DNA of 29,935 bases from an uncultured Ruminiclostridium sp. GTDB lineage: Bacteria; Bacillota; Clostridia; DSM-8532. Of the stretch, positions 10,179 to 18,503 are shown piece by piece; positions within the stretch are counted from its first letter, which is position 1, and the number at the start of each line of letters is the position of its first letter. The stretch covers positions 702 through 30,636 of the forward strand of contig CAYUZC010000001.1 in assembly GCA_964449525.1 (NCBI GenBank), in the 5' to 3' direction. The position numbers and the translations under genes were made by a program. The notes under the pieces were generated by a model that searched no databases, was not told the origin of the DNA, and saw nothing but the letters and a program-made list of their open reading frames with translations.

Positions 10179-10577
10179 ATGGATTATATCCGTAAGCTGC
10201 CTCTTCTGATGGCTTTATCGGGCGCGATAATAACAGGATTGGTGGGATATACGCATCAAGTAAATAATAATGAGAATATGATAAATATGCTCATTGCCAT
10301 GGTAATATTTTACTTAGTGGGCTTATTAATAAGAGGTACGGTTCTTGATATAATAGAAACAAACAGAAAAAAAGAAGAAGAAAGAATAAAAGAAGAAGAA
10401 CGTATAGCTAAAGAGAAGGAAAAAGAAGAGAAAAAACGTAAAAAGCAAAATGCGGAAAAAGGTTCGGGCAGTACATTAGATATTATTGCAGATGAAGACT
10501 TGGATCTAGGTATGACTGAGGAGGAGTTTAATGCTCTTCCGGTTGCGGACTATATAACAAATGAACTTAAAAAGTAG
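10179..10577 (+). CDS. Hypothetical membrane protein (2 TM plus charged coiled tail)
   Basis: Two hydrophobic N-terminal segments and a K/E-rich region. AAAGGTG RBS. Co-oriented in the operon. Confidence 0.8.
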   Translation: MDYIRKLPLLMALSGAIITGLVGYTHQVNNNENMINMLIAMVIFYLVGLLIRGTVLDIIETNRKKEEERIKEEERIAKEKEKEEKKRKKQNAEKGSGSTLDIIADEDLDLGMTEEEFNALPVADYITNELKK

Positions 10578-10633
10578 AATATTTATTATGGATAGCCCTT
10601 ATCTTCATTTTTTAAGGGAATATGGAGGTAGAG

Positions 10634-11407
10634 ATGTCGGCATCTGTTTTACAGAGGCAACAGGAGTTATGGAAAAAATATAGTGAGACTAAAGATCAGA
10701 GTACGAAGGGACAATTGATTGTTGAATATGCTGACTTAGTCAAGTATGTAGCCGGACGATTAAGTATATATTTCGGCTCTAATGTTGAGTACGACGATTT
10801 GGTGGGATATGGAGTATTCGGGCTTATTGATGCAATAGATAAGTTTGATTTAGCTAAGAAGGTAAAATTCGAAACCTATGCATCCTTACGAATCAGAGGG
10901 GCAATTATTGACTCAATAAGGGAGCAGGACTGGGCACCTAGGTCTTTAAGAAAAAAAGGTAAAGAACTAGAACGAGCGTACTTCGAATTAGAAAATCAGC
11001 TCGGACATTCAGCTTCAGACCAAGAGGTTGCCGATAAGCTGGGAATTACGCTGGAAGATCTCAATAAGCTTTTACAGGACGTTAATATATCTCAAATGAT
11101 TTCACTGGAGGACTATCTGGAACAAAACCACGAGACCGGATTTGATCCGTTTTCCATGCAAAGGGAAACAAATCTGCCGGAACAGCGATTAGAGGTATTG
11201 GAGCTAAAAGAAATTCTAGCCGAATCAATTGACAAGCTACCGGAAAAGGAAAAAACAGTAGTTACTTTATATTACTATGAGGAGCTTACACTAAAAGAAA
11301 TCAGCCTGATTATGAAGGTATCTGAATCAAGAATATCTCAATTGCACACCAAAGCAATTATGAGGATGAGGGGAAAGCTTGAAAGGCTGAAAAGTGCAAT
11401 ATTATAA
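10634..11407 (+). CDS. fliA: Flagellar sigma-28 factor FliA/SigD (WhiG family)
   Basis: Region 2 (DDLVGYGVFGLIDAIDKFD...FETYASLRIRGAIIDSIR) and region 4 HTH (LTLKEISLIMKVSESRISQLH). GGAGG RBS favours ATG 10634. Confidence 0.96.
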   Translation: MSASVLQRQQELWKKYSETKDQSTKGQLIVEYADLVKYVAGRLSIYFGSNVEYDDLVGYGVFGLIDAIDKFDLAKKVKFETYASLRIRGAIIDSIREQDWAPRSLRKKGKELERAYFELENQLGHSASDQEVADKLGITLEDLNKLLQDVNISQMISLEDYLEQNHETGFDPFSMQRETNLPEQRLEVLELKEILAESIDKLPEKEKTVVTLYYYEELTLKEISLIMKVSESRISQLHTKAIMRMRGKLERLKSAIL

Positions 11408-11452
11408 ACATATGCGGAGGAATAGCAAGGAAGAATAAGAAGGAGATTCAAA

Positions 11453-13063
11453 ATGCCAGAGGGAATGATGCAAAAAGATAAAGGCTTTAATCTGACGTTT
11501 GAAAATGATGGTGTTTATCTCACCGTCTATAAACCCTTGGACTTTTTCAATAGAGTAAATGAAACTGATATTCTCAATATCATTCGTAAGAAAAAAATAC
11601 AAAACTATAATGCAAATATAATCGCCGATGCAGTTAGTAAAAGTACAGGGGAACCTGTTAAAATTGCAGAAGCTCAGGAAGAACAGAGCGTTAATTCTAC
11701 AGTTGAGGCAATTGTATCTCAAGATAAAATGTCAGCGTTTATTATTCTGTCGCCTCCGGAAGCCAATGGAATACCGCCTTCACTTGAGGCGATTGTTCAG
11801 GCATTGTATTCTAAGGGTGTAGTTTGGGGAATGAATGAAAGCAAAATACGTGAGTTAGTTGCAAACCCTGTTTATAATATACAAATTCAAGTTGCAGAAG
11901 GTGTCCCTGCTATAAACGGGAAAAACGGTGAAGTTAAATATATATTTGATATAAAAAAGGACAGAACCCCGACTATATTGGAGGACGGGACAGTTAATTA
12001 TAAAGAAATGAACCTTGTAGAAAGTGTAACAAAGGGGCAGAAGCTGGCAGAACTAATTCCTCCTATAGCAGGAAGACCCGGTAAGAATCTTGTAGGGGCT
12101 GAATTAAAGGCCATTGATGGCAAAAATGCACGTATACCAAGAGGACGAAATGTAGTATTAAGTGACGACGGGTGTGAATTATATTCTACTATTGATGGAC
12201 AATTAATGTATGTTGATGGTAAAATAAATGTTTTCCCAACATATGAGGTTATGGCAAATGTAGATAACTCTACCGGTAATATTAAGTTTATAGGAAATGT
12301 TGTGATCAGAGGGAATGTTCTATCAGGTTTTGAAATCGAAGCCGGAGGCAATATAGAAGTAAACGGTGTCGCAGAGGCTGCGATTCTGAAAGCCGGAGGA
12401 GATATTATACTTAAAAGAGGTATGCACGGCAACGGAAAAGGTATTTTGGTTGCAGGTAACGATATTGTATCAAAGTATATTGAAAGTGCAAATGTCGAAG
12501 CTCGCAATGATATTAAATGCGAGGCTATCATGCACTGCGATATTAAATGCGGAAACAAACTGGAACTGGGCGGTAAAAAAGGTCTTTTGGTTGGAGGAAC
12601 GGTTAGAGTAGGGAAATTGGTTGAACTAAAATACCTTGGCAGCCAAATGTCTACGGCAACAGTTCTTGAAGTAGGAATAGACCCCAACTTGCGTGAACGC
12701 CTTAAGTTTCTTAAAGTAGAAATTCCTGTTATTGAGGAAAGTCTTTTTAAAGCCAACCAAGCAATAACATTGTTGAACAAATTGAAGCAAACCGGGGAAC
12801 TTTCAATGGAAAAGCGTGAGATTCTTGCAAAGAGTACTCGTACCAGATTTGTTTACGAGAGTAAACTGCAGGAATATAAGAAGGAAATCGTGCAAATTGA
12901 AGAAATGTTGCAACAAGGCGCAAACGGACGAATCAGGGTGACGGGAAGCGTTTTCCCGGGTGTAAGGGTTGCTATTGGAAAGAGTATGATGTATATTAAA
13001 CAAGAGGCTCAGTATTGTACTTTATACAGTGATGGGGCCGATATTCGTTTTGGCCCATTGTAG
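11453..13063 (+). CDS. FapA / DUF342-family flagellar assembly protein
   Basis: Two N-terminal DUF342-type repeats, VAEGVPAINGKNG, VDNSTGNIKFIGNVVIRGNV beta-helix repeats and a C-terminal coiled coil. Follows sigD. Confidence 0.85.
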   Translation: MPEGMMQKDKGFNLTFENDGVYLTVYKPLDFFNRVNETDILNIIRKKKIQNYNANIIADAVSKSTGEPVKIAEAQEEQSVNSTVEAIVSQDKMSAFIILSPPEANGIPPSLEAIVQALYSKGVVWGMNESKIRELVANPVYNIQIQVAEGVPAINGKNGEVKYIFDIKKDRTPTILEDGTVNYKEMNLVESVTKGQKLAELIPPIAGRPGKNLVGAELKAIDGKNARIPRGRNVVLSDDGCELYSTIDGQLMYVDGKINVFPTYEVMANVDNSTGNIKFIGNVVIRGNVLSGFEIEAGGNIEVNGVAEAAILKAGGDIILKRGMHGNGKGILVAGNDIVSKYIESANVEARNDIKCEAIMHCDIKCGNKLELGGKKGLLVGGTVRVGKLVELKYLGSQMSTATVLEVGIDPNLRERLKFLKVEIPVIEESLFKANQAITLLNKLKQTGELSMEKREILAKSTRTRFVYESKLQEYKKEIVQIEEMLQQGANGRIRVTGSVFPGVRVAIGKSMMYIKQEAQYCTLYSDGADIRFGPL

Positions 13064-13080
13064 AGGGAGGGAGCATCCGG

Positions 13081-13398
13081 ATGTCAATTGGACCGGTGGA
13101 CTACCAAATTCTTGTGCCAAAGGTAAATGAGACGGGAAAAATACAGAGCGAAGCACAACAAAAGATGGTAAGTCAGGCTCAACAGCAGGCTGATAGTTCA
13201 GTCAAGCAATCTGAGCATGATACCAGAAGTGTGCATACGCAAAGTGAAGCCCAAAAGACTGCAATTACTGAGGATCAAAGGCGAAGGAACAACAATAAGG
13301 GGCAAAACGACAAGAGCGGTGATGACGAAAATAATGATAATAAAGAAGAGGAAAAATTATTACCACAGGAAAGACATACAATAGATATTCGCATATAG
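13081..13398 (+). CDS. Hypothetical protein (Q-rich, ends HTIDIRI)
   Basis: GGGAGG RBS, co-oriented ORF of 105 aa, no hydrophobic segment. Confidence 0.75.
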   Translation: MSIGPVDYQILVPKVNETGKIQSEAQQKMVSQAQQQADSSVKQSEHDTRSVHTQSEAQKTAITEDQRRRNNNKGQNDKSGDDENNDNKEEEKLLPQERHTIDIRI

Positions 13399-13458
13399 AT
13401 TTTTTACGAAGATTAATTTATTAAATTACTTAAGATAAAAGTTTTGAGGTGTAAAAAG

Positions 13459-14007
13459 ATGGCTGTGTTTTTTACCTGCATTATTCTAGTAGGTTCATGT
13501 CTAACGATATTTGCTTTTATTCTGATGCTGTATGAGAAGAAGCGGCTCCATGATTACAGGGGCGATCTTAAAGAAAAAAAAGAAGAGCTTATCAAAGTAA
13601 TTGAGGATGCGGAAGAGCTTATATCCGAAATGAATCGCTTCTCTGATTATACTGTAACCCAAATTGAAGAAAAGAATAGTGTATTACTGGACGCTATTGC
13701 AGAGGCCGATATGAAACTTCTACAACTGGATTCGAAGGTTATAGAAGAAGTTTCTATAGATGAGCCTGCATCAACTTACTCACCTGAATATAATGAAGCC
13801 TCTATTTCTAGAATTCTTGAAGAAGACAAGCCTCATGATAATGAAAAAAAATCATTATATGTTGGTAAAGGTAAGGTATTGACCTTTGATATTAAACGCC
13901 GGGAAATTGTCAAGCTTGCAAAAGCCGGTATGGAAAGTACTGAAATAGCTCGTATCCTGAATTGCGGAAAAGGAGAAATAGAGCTCATTTCCAGAATGAG
14001 AAGGTAA
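13459..14007 (+). CDS. SwrB-like (DUF6115/DUF2802-type) membrane-anchored protein
   Basis: N-terminal TM, coiled coil, and C-terminal HTH-like EIVKLAKAGMESTEIARILNCGKGEIELI resembling the B. subtilis SwrB C-terminus as I recall it. Same position (after sigD). GAGGTG RBS favours ATG 13459. Confidence 0.75.
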   Translation: MAVFFTCIILVGSCLTIFAFILMLYEKKRLHDYRGDLKEKKEELIKVIEDAEELISEMNRFSDYTVTQIEEKNSVLLDAIAEADMKLLQLDSKVIEEVSIDEPASTYSPEYNEASISRILEEDKPHDNEKKSLYVGKGKVLTFDIKRREIVKLAKAGMESTEIARILNCGKGEIELISRMRR

Positions 14008-14010
14008 AAA

Positions 14011-14406
14011 GTGAGGTTATTAGACAGTAAAAGTATTATTTTAGGTTTAGGTATTGGGATAATTATCACTTCACTGTTGGGCGTTATATTTTTTGCTGGA
14101 TATGAGCCACAATTAAGCGATGCAGAAATAATTAGTCTCGCACGTGAGCGTGGAATGGTAGACCGTTACGAATCCAGTAATGACATAAAACGGAATCAAG
14201 ATGGTAGCTTACTTTTTATAATTCATGAGAATGAGAGTTCTACAGATGTATCAAAACGGCTTTATGACGCAGGTATAATAGAAAGCTCAATAGAATTTGA
14301 AATCATAATTAAGAAAGAAAAACTGGAAAATGCCATAAAACCCGGGGAATACACAATTAGCTATAGTGATGATACCAAATCAATTATTGAAAAGATCACT
14401 CCATAA
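14011..14406 (+). CDS. Small membrane protein with YceG/MltG N-terminal-like domain
   Basis: N-terminal TM, then VSKRLYDAGII...IKPGEYTI, typical of the YceG-like domain. No catalytic transglycosylase domain. Confidence 0.7.
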   Translation: MRLLDSKSIILGLGIGIIITSLLGVIFFAGYEPQLSDAEIISLARERGMVDRYESSNDIKRNQDGSLLFIIHENESSTDVSKRLYDAGIIESSIEFEIIIKKEKLENAIKPGEYTISYSDDTKSIIEKITP

Positions 14407-14429
14407 ACTAAATTTATGGAGTGTTTTTT
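14397..14429 (+). terminator. Intrinsic terminator ending the fla/che operon (possibly bidirectional)
   Basis: Perfect 11-bp stem CACTCCATAAA/TTTATGGAGTG, loop CTAAA, followed by T6. Sits between convergent genes. Confidence 0.85.
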
Positions 14430-15720
14430 ATTTAGAATATCTCATTCCAAGAAGCTTATATGCGCTAATTCTTTCGTAGAGATTGGGATAATCAGTTAAA
14501 GCTTTTGAAGCGAACATGCCTTGTGACATATCATCTGTTGAAGCTAATTCGTGCCCTATCATAGCCCAAGTGGAGTCCTTTAAATTATTGAATGAACCAT
14601 CCTTCATGGCTTCACAGACGAAGGATTGCCTTGGTGAATTGATATCCTCACCGCTTATTTCAAATAAATTGTGTTTTCTACATAGGCCTCTTAATCGTTC
14701 AAGCTGAATAGTGGTGTTTCTTGAGGGCATATAAGTTACTCCGTTAAAGCCTAAATTTACGATAGTATCGAAAACTAGTTCAAGATAATCATCTTCAAAT
14801 TTCTGTGGCTTTTTGTCCCCGGTAACCGAATCTGTAATATCCCCAAGATAAGCATAAGCAGAAATGCCACCGATTTCTCTTGAAAATGTAAGAAGGTCTT
14901 TAATCGACGGACATTCTTCTTTTGCCTCAATGTAGAAGGATTGCACTAAATCACTTTTTAAAATACCCAAAAGGTCGTAATCATAATAAGGATTGTACGG
15001 GTCTGCCAGCAAGGTGTGCAATTTCTGGGAGACGTCTATTGATAAATGATTTTTTAGTGCATTAATAAGAGCTTCACCCTTGCCGTATTTATCAATAAGA
15101 TTAAGGGATAACCCATAAAGAAGATGTCTTTCGGTAATACTTCCGCCTTCTGCGGCTTTAGACAGCGGGATGATACCATCTTCAAAGTCAAGTTGTACAC
15201 GGGATTTATGAACCAAATCATTGATTTTTTCAACCATTTTCATATTGCGTTCATTCCGCCGTTGACGGTAAACAGTAAAGAATTTATCAACCTTTGAAAT
15301 CTGTGTATGAGGTATGCCGTGAATGGCAACATAAGCTATAGAATTTTGGTCAGGATTATTTATTCTCTTACCATAAAGAGGAGTTGCTGAAAAGTCGGCT
15401 CTGCACTCTACTCCAATTGTAGTTGCAATACCCGCTATTTTCCCCGCTTCAATAAACTCCGTGGCACCGCTTATGGAATCATGATCCATGATGCCTGCAG
15501 TGGATAATCCAGAAGTAAATGCCATCCAAATTGCTTTTGAAGGTGAGTATGGTGAAAATGAATAATTTGTGTGTATATGATTATTTACATGTCCACTAAC
15601 AGGCGTGAAACCATATACTCCGGATTTCGCTGCTTTAATCATGCGAGAAAGACTGTGAAGTCTTTTAGTGGGATTATTATGGTTTAAATCATTAGTAAGT
15701 TCTTCAATATTTTTAATCAT
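14428..15720 (-). CDS. PHP-domain metallo-phosphoesterase-like protein, atypical ligand set
   Basis: NNHIHTNYS, MDHD, GVE, ITERHL and GEDIN at the positions of PHP motifs. AAGGAAG RBS. Confidence 0.8.
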   Translation of the reverse strand: MIKNIEELTNDLNHNNPTKRLHSLSRMIKAAKSGVYGFTPVSGHVNNHIHTNYSFSPYSPSKAIWMAFTSGLSTAGIMDHDSISGATEFIEAGKIAGIATTIGVECRADFSATPLYGKRINNPDQNSIAYVAIHGIPHTQISKVDKFFTVYRQRRNERNMKMVEKINDLVHKSRVQLDFEDGIIPLSKAAEGGSITERHLLYGLSLNLIDKYGKGEALINALKNHLSIDVSQKLHTLLADPYNPYYDYDLLGILKSDLVQSFYIEAKEECPSIKDLLTFSREIGGISAYAYLGDITDSVTGDKKPQKFEDDYLELVFDTIVNLGFNGVTYMPSRNTTIQLERLRGLCRKHNLFEISGEDINSPRQSFVCEAMKDGSFNNLKDSTWAMIGHELASTDDMSQGMFASKALTDYPNLYERISAYKLLGMRYSK

Positions 15721-15751
15721 AGCTACTTCCTTAACTTAATAATACAATACA

Positions 15752-15780
15752 AGTATATATAAAATGTTGTAATATGTCCA
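15752..15780 (-). promoter_or_regulatory. Putative sigma-A promoter of the PHP gene
   Basis: Minus strand TGGACA-N17-TATACT. Confidence 0.6.
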
Positions 15781-15808
15781 CATAATTTTGATAAATTTTG
15801 ATTTAATG

Positions 15809-15837
15809 TTGATTTTAATGTTGATTTGTAATAAGAT
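15809..15837 (+). promoter_or_regulatory. Putative sigma-A promoter of the dehydrogenase operon, overlapped by TTGAT direct repeats
   Basis: TTGATT-N17-TAAGAT. TTGAT occurs at 15788, 15798, 15809 and 15821. Confidence 0.55.
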
Positions 15838-15888
15838 AATAATATAAAACAAAACAAACAATCATTTAATTAGTGAGGAGGAGTTTTT

Positions 15889-17157
15889 TTGAGATCAAAA
15901 GCAGTCAGGTTATATGGCAAAAAAGATCTGAGACTTGAAGAGTTTGAACTTCTTGAAATTCGTGATGATGAAATACTTGCCCAAGTTATATCTGACAGTA
16001 TGTGTATGTCTTCTTATAAGGCGGCCATACAGGGAGCCGATCATAAACGAGTCCCCGCAGATATTTTCGAAAATCCGATAATTGTAGGACACGAGTTTTG
16101 CGGCAGAATAGTTGAAGTAGGAACAAAGTGGCAAGGAAAGTTTAAAAAAGGAGATAGGTTTTCAATCCAGCCGGCATTGAACCTTAAAGAAGACCCTTAT
16201 GCCGCCCCTGGATATTCGTTTAGACACATAGGGGGAAGCGCCACATATATTATTATTCCCAATGTGGTTATGGAATCTGGAAGTTTGCTCCCATATCAAG
16301 GTAAAGCGTATTTTTATGGTTCTCTTGCAGAACCTATGTCCTGTATTGTTGGAGCTTTTAATGCCAGCTATCACACTACCCAAGGAAGTTATATCCACAA
16401 GATGGGTATAGTTGAAGGCGGGAATTTGGCAATTCTTGCAGGAGCGGGGCCTATGGGTCTCGGAGCCATAGATTATGCAATCAATAATCCTCATAAAAGG
16501 CCGGGACTTATTGTTGTGACAGATATTGATGACAGCAGACTTAAAAGAGCACAAGAGGTTATTTCTGTTGAACAGGCTGAGAAAAAGGGAATTAAACTTA
16601 TATATATTAATACCTCAGAATTTACCGATCCGGTCGGGCCTTTGATGTCCATAACTAATGGAGAAGGATATAATGATGTATTTGTTTTCGCTCCGGTAAA
16701 GCCGGTTGTTGAGATGGGAGATAAATTACTTTCTCAGGACGGTTGCCTTAATTTCTTCGCCGGGCCCAGCAACACAAAGTTTACCGCTGAATTGAATTTT
16801 TATAATGTGCATTATAGCAGTACACATATTGTCGGAACAAGCGGTGGAAATACCGAGGACATGAAAGAATCATTGGACCTTATGGCTGATGGTACAATAA
16901 ATCCCGCAGCCATGATTACTCATATTGGGGGACTCAATAGTGTTGTCAACACTATATTGAATCTGCCTGAAATCCCGGGTGGGAAAAAACTTATTTATAC
17001 TAATATTAATTTAGAACTTACCGCATTAACGGATTTCGCGGCGAAAGGAAAAGATAACCCTATGTTTGCTCGTCTCGCCGATATTACGGAAAAGAACAAC
17101 GGACTATGGTCATATGAAGCCGAAAAGTTTCTTCTGGAGCAGGCTGAAACAATTTAA
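15889..17157 (+). CDS. Zn-binding MDR dehydrogenase, L-sorbose-1-phosphate reductase (SorE)-like
   Basis: SDSMCMSSYKAA, GHE, AEPMSC, Rossmann GAGPMG, DGCLNFFAGP and HIVGTSGG. No structural-Zn 4-Cys loop, consistent with the SorE subfamily. TTG start with AGGAGG RBS. Confidence 0.8.
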   Translation: MRSKAVRLYGKKDLRLEEFELLEIRDDEILAQVISDSMCMSSYKAAIQGADHKRVPADIFENPIIVGHEFCGRIVEVGTKWQGKFKKGDRFSIQPALNLKEDPYAAPGYSFRHIGGSATYIIIPNVVMESGSLLPYQGKAYFYGSLAEPMSCIVGAFNASYHTTQGSYIHKMGIVEGGNLAILAGAGPMGLGAIDYAINNPHKRPGLIVVTDIDDSRLKRAQEVISVEQAEKKGIKLIYINTSEFTDPVGPLMSITNGEGYNDVFVFAPVKPVVEMGDKLLSQDGCLNFFAGPSNTKFTAELNFYNVHYSSTHIVGTSGGNTEDMKESLDLMADGTINPAAMITHIGGLNSVVNTILNLPEIPGGKKLIYTNINLELTALTDFAAKGKDNPMFARLADITEKNNGLWSYEAEKFLLEQAETI

Positions 17158-17188
17158 GTTTTGATTGTATAAAAAAGGAGTGAAGAAT

Positions 17189-18490
17189 ATGCCAACACCT
17201 GTTATACTTCCCCGTCAAGGGCAATCTGTGGAGAGCTGCATAATTGGAAAGTGGAATAAGAAGCCAGGCGATATTGTAAAAATCGGTGATATTTTATTCA
17301 GCTACGAAACAGACAAAGCCACCTTTGAAGAAGAGGCAAAAGTAGCCGGGACTCTTTTGGCTACGTTTTTTGATGAAGGGGACGATGTACCTGTTCTTAC
17401 TAATGTTGCAGTTATTGGAGAGCCGGGAGAAAACTTTTCAGAGTTTGTACCCGCTAACAATGAGGAATCAGATTCAGAATTGTCGGAATCTAAAAATAGT
17501 GAAAAGTCTAACGAAGAGATTGTCCCTTCTGTTACTCTTTCCTTAGACCAATCCAATATTAGTTCAGAGGCAAGGGGAATATCCCCCCGTGCGAAATCAG
17601 CCGCACAACGGTTGAGAGTTGATCCATCACTCGCAATGGCTACCGGCCCAAAAGACCGGATAATTGAAAGAGATATTTTCAAATTGAAGAAGGAAATGGG
17701 CATTGGGGCAGGAATAATAGATCAACAGCAAAGCTTTGACGAAAATACTTCGGCAGCCCAAATGGTCAATGCAGTTTCGAATAATATAGAGACTGAGTTT
17801 GTTGATGAATCACTTACGAATATTCGCAAGGTTATAGCTAATACTATGCATCAAAGCCTATCTTCCATGGCACAGCTCACTCATAATTCCTCCTTTGACG
17901 CAACATCAATTTTAGAATACAGGAAGCAACTTAAAGCCATATCGGAAAAAATGGATATCCCAAATATAACAATTAACGATATTATTATATTCGCTGTTTC
18001 TCGAATTTTAACAAAACACAAGTATCTAAACGCACATTTTCTTGAGAATAAAATACGTTGTTATAGTCATGTACACATGGGAATTGCGGTTGACACACCG
18101 AGGGGGCTTATTGTACCCACTCTGTTTAATGCAGATACTAAGAGTCTTAAACAGATTGCAATTGAATCAAAAATTCTGACAAAGTCTGCCCAAGAGGGAA
18201 ATATTAATCCGGATCTGCTGGCAGGAGGCACTTTTACCGTATCAAATCTGGGTGTACTGGGAATTGAAAGCTTTACTCCGGTTATTAATCCGCCTCAGAC
18301 AGGTATCTTGGGGGTTAACTGTATAGTGGAACGAGTTCGGTCACAGAATGGTCAGATAACAGTATATCCTTCAATGAGTCTTTCTCTTACTTATGATCAC
18401 CGAGCTCTTGACGGTGCTCCGGCATCACGTTTTCTTATGGATCTTAAAAATGCTCTGGAAAATTTCCCTGTTCTATTGGCGGGTAATTAA
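17189..18490 (+). CDS. Dihydrolipoamide acyltransferase (E2), single lipoyl domain
   Basis: Lipoyl motif ETDKA (Lys at 17315-17317), E1/E3-binding domain ISPRAK...ATGPKDRIIERDI, catalytic DHRALDG. AAGGAG RBS favours ATG 17189. Confidence 0.95.
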   Translation: MPTPVILPRQGQSVESCIIGKWNKKPGDIVKIGDILFSYETDKATFEEEAKVAGTLLATFFDEGDDVPVLTNVAVIGEPGENFSEFVPANNEESDSELSESKNSEKSNEEIVPSVTLSLDQSNISSEARGISPRAKSAAQRLRVDPSLAMATGPKDRIIERDIFKLKKEMGIGAGIIDQQQSFDENTSAAQMVNAVSNNIETEFVDESLTNIRKVIANTMHQSLSSMAQLTHNSSFDATSILEYRKQLKAISEKMDIPNITINDIIIFAVSRILTKHKYLNAHFLENKIRCYSHVHMGIAVDTPRGLIVPTLFNADTKSLKQIAIESKILTKSAQEGNINPDLLAGGTFTVSNLGVLGIESFTPVINPPQTGILGVNCIVERVRSQNGQITVYPSMSLSLTYDHRALDGAPASRFLMDLKNALENFPVLLAGN

Positions 18491-18503
18491 GGAGGACTAA
18501 TAT

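Noticed and set aside
10360-10445. A/G-rich repeat (KEEERI x2)
   Set aside because: Low-complexity charged coding sequence, not a DNA repeat element.
11998-12780. 260-aa antisense ORF, and the other short overlapping ORFs in the track
   Set aside because: Shadows of well-supported genes on the opposite strand or in another frame. Ser/Phe/Ile-rich composition is typical of antisense frames.
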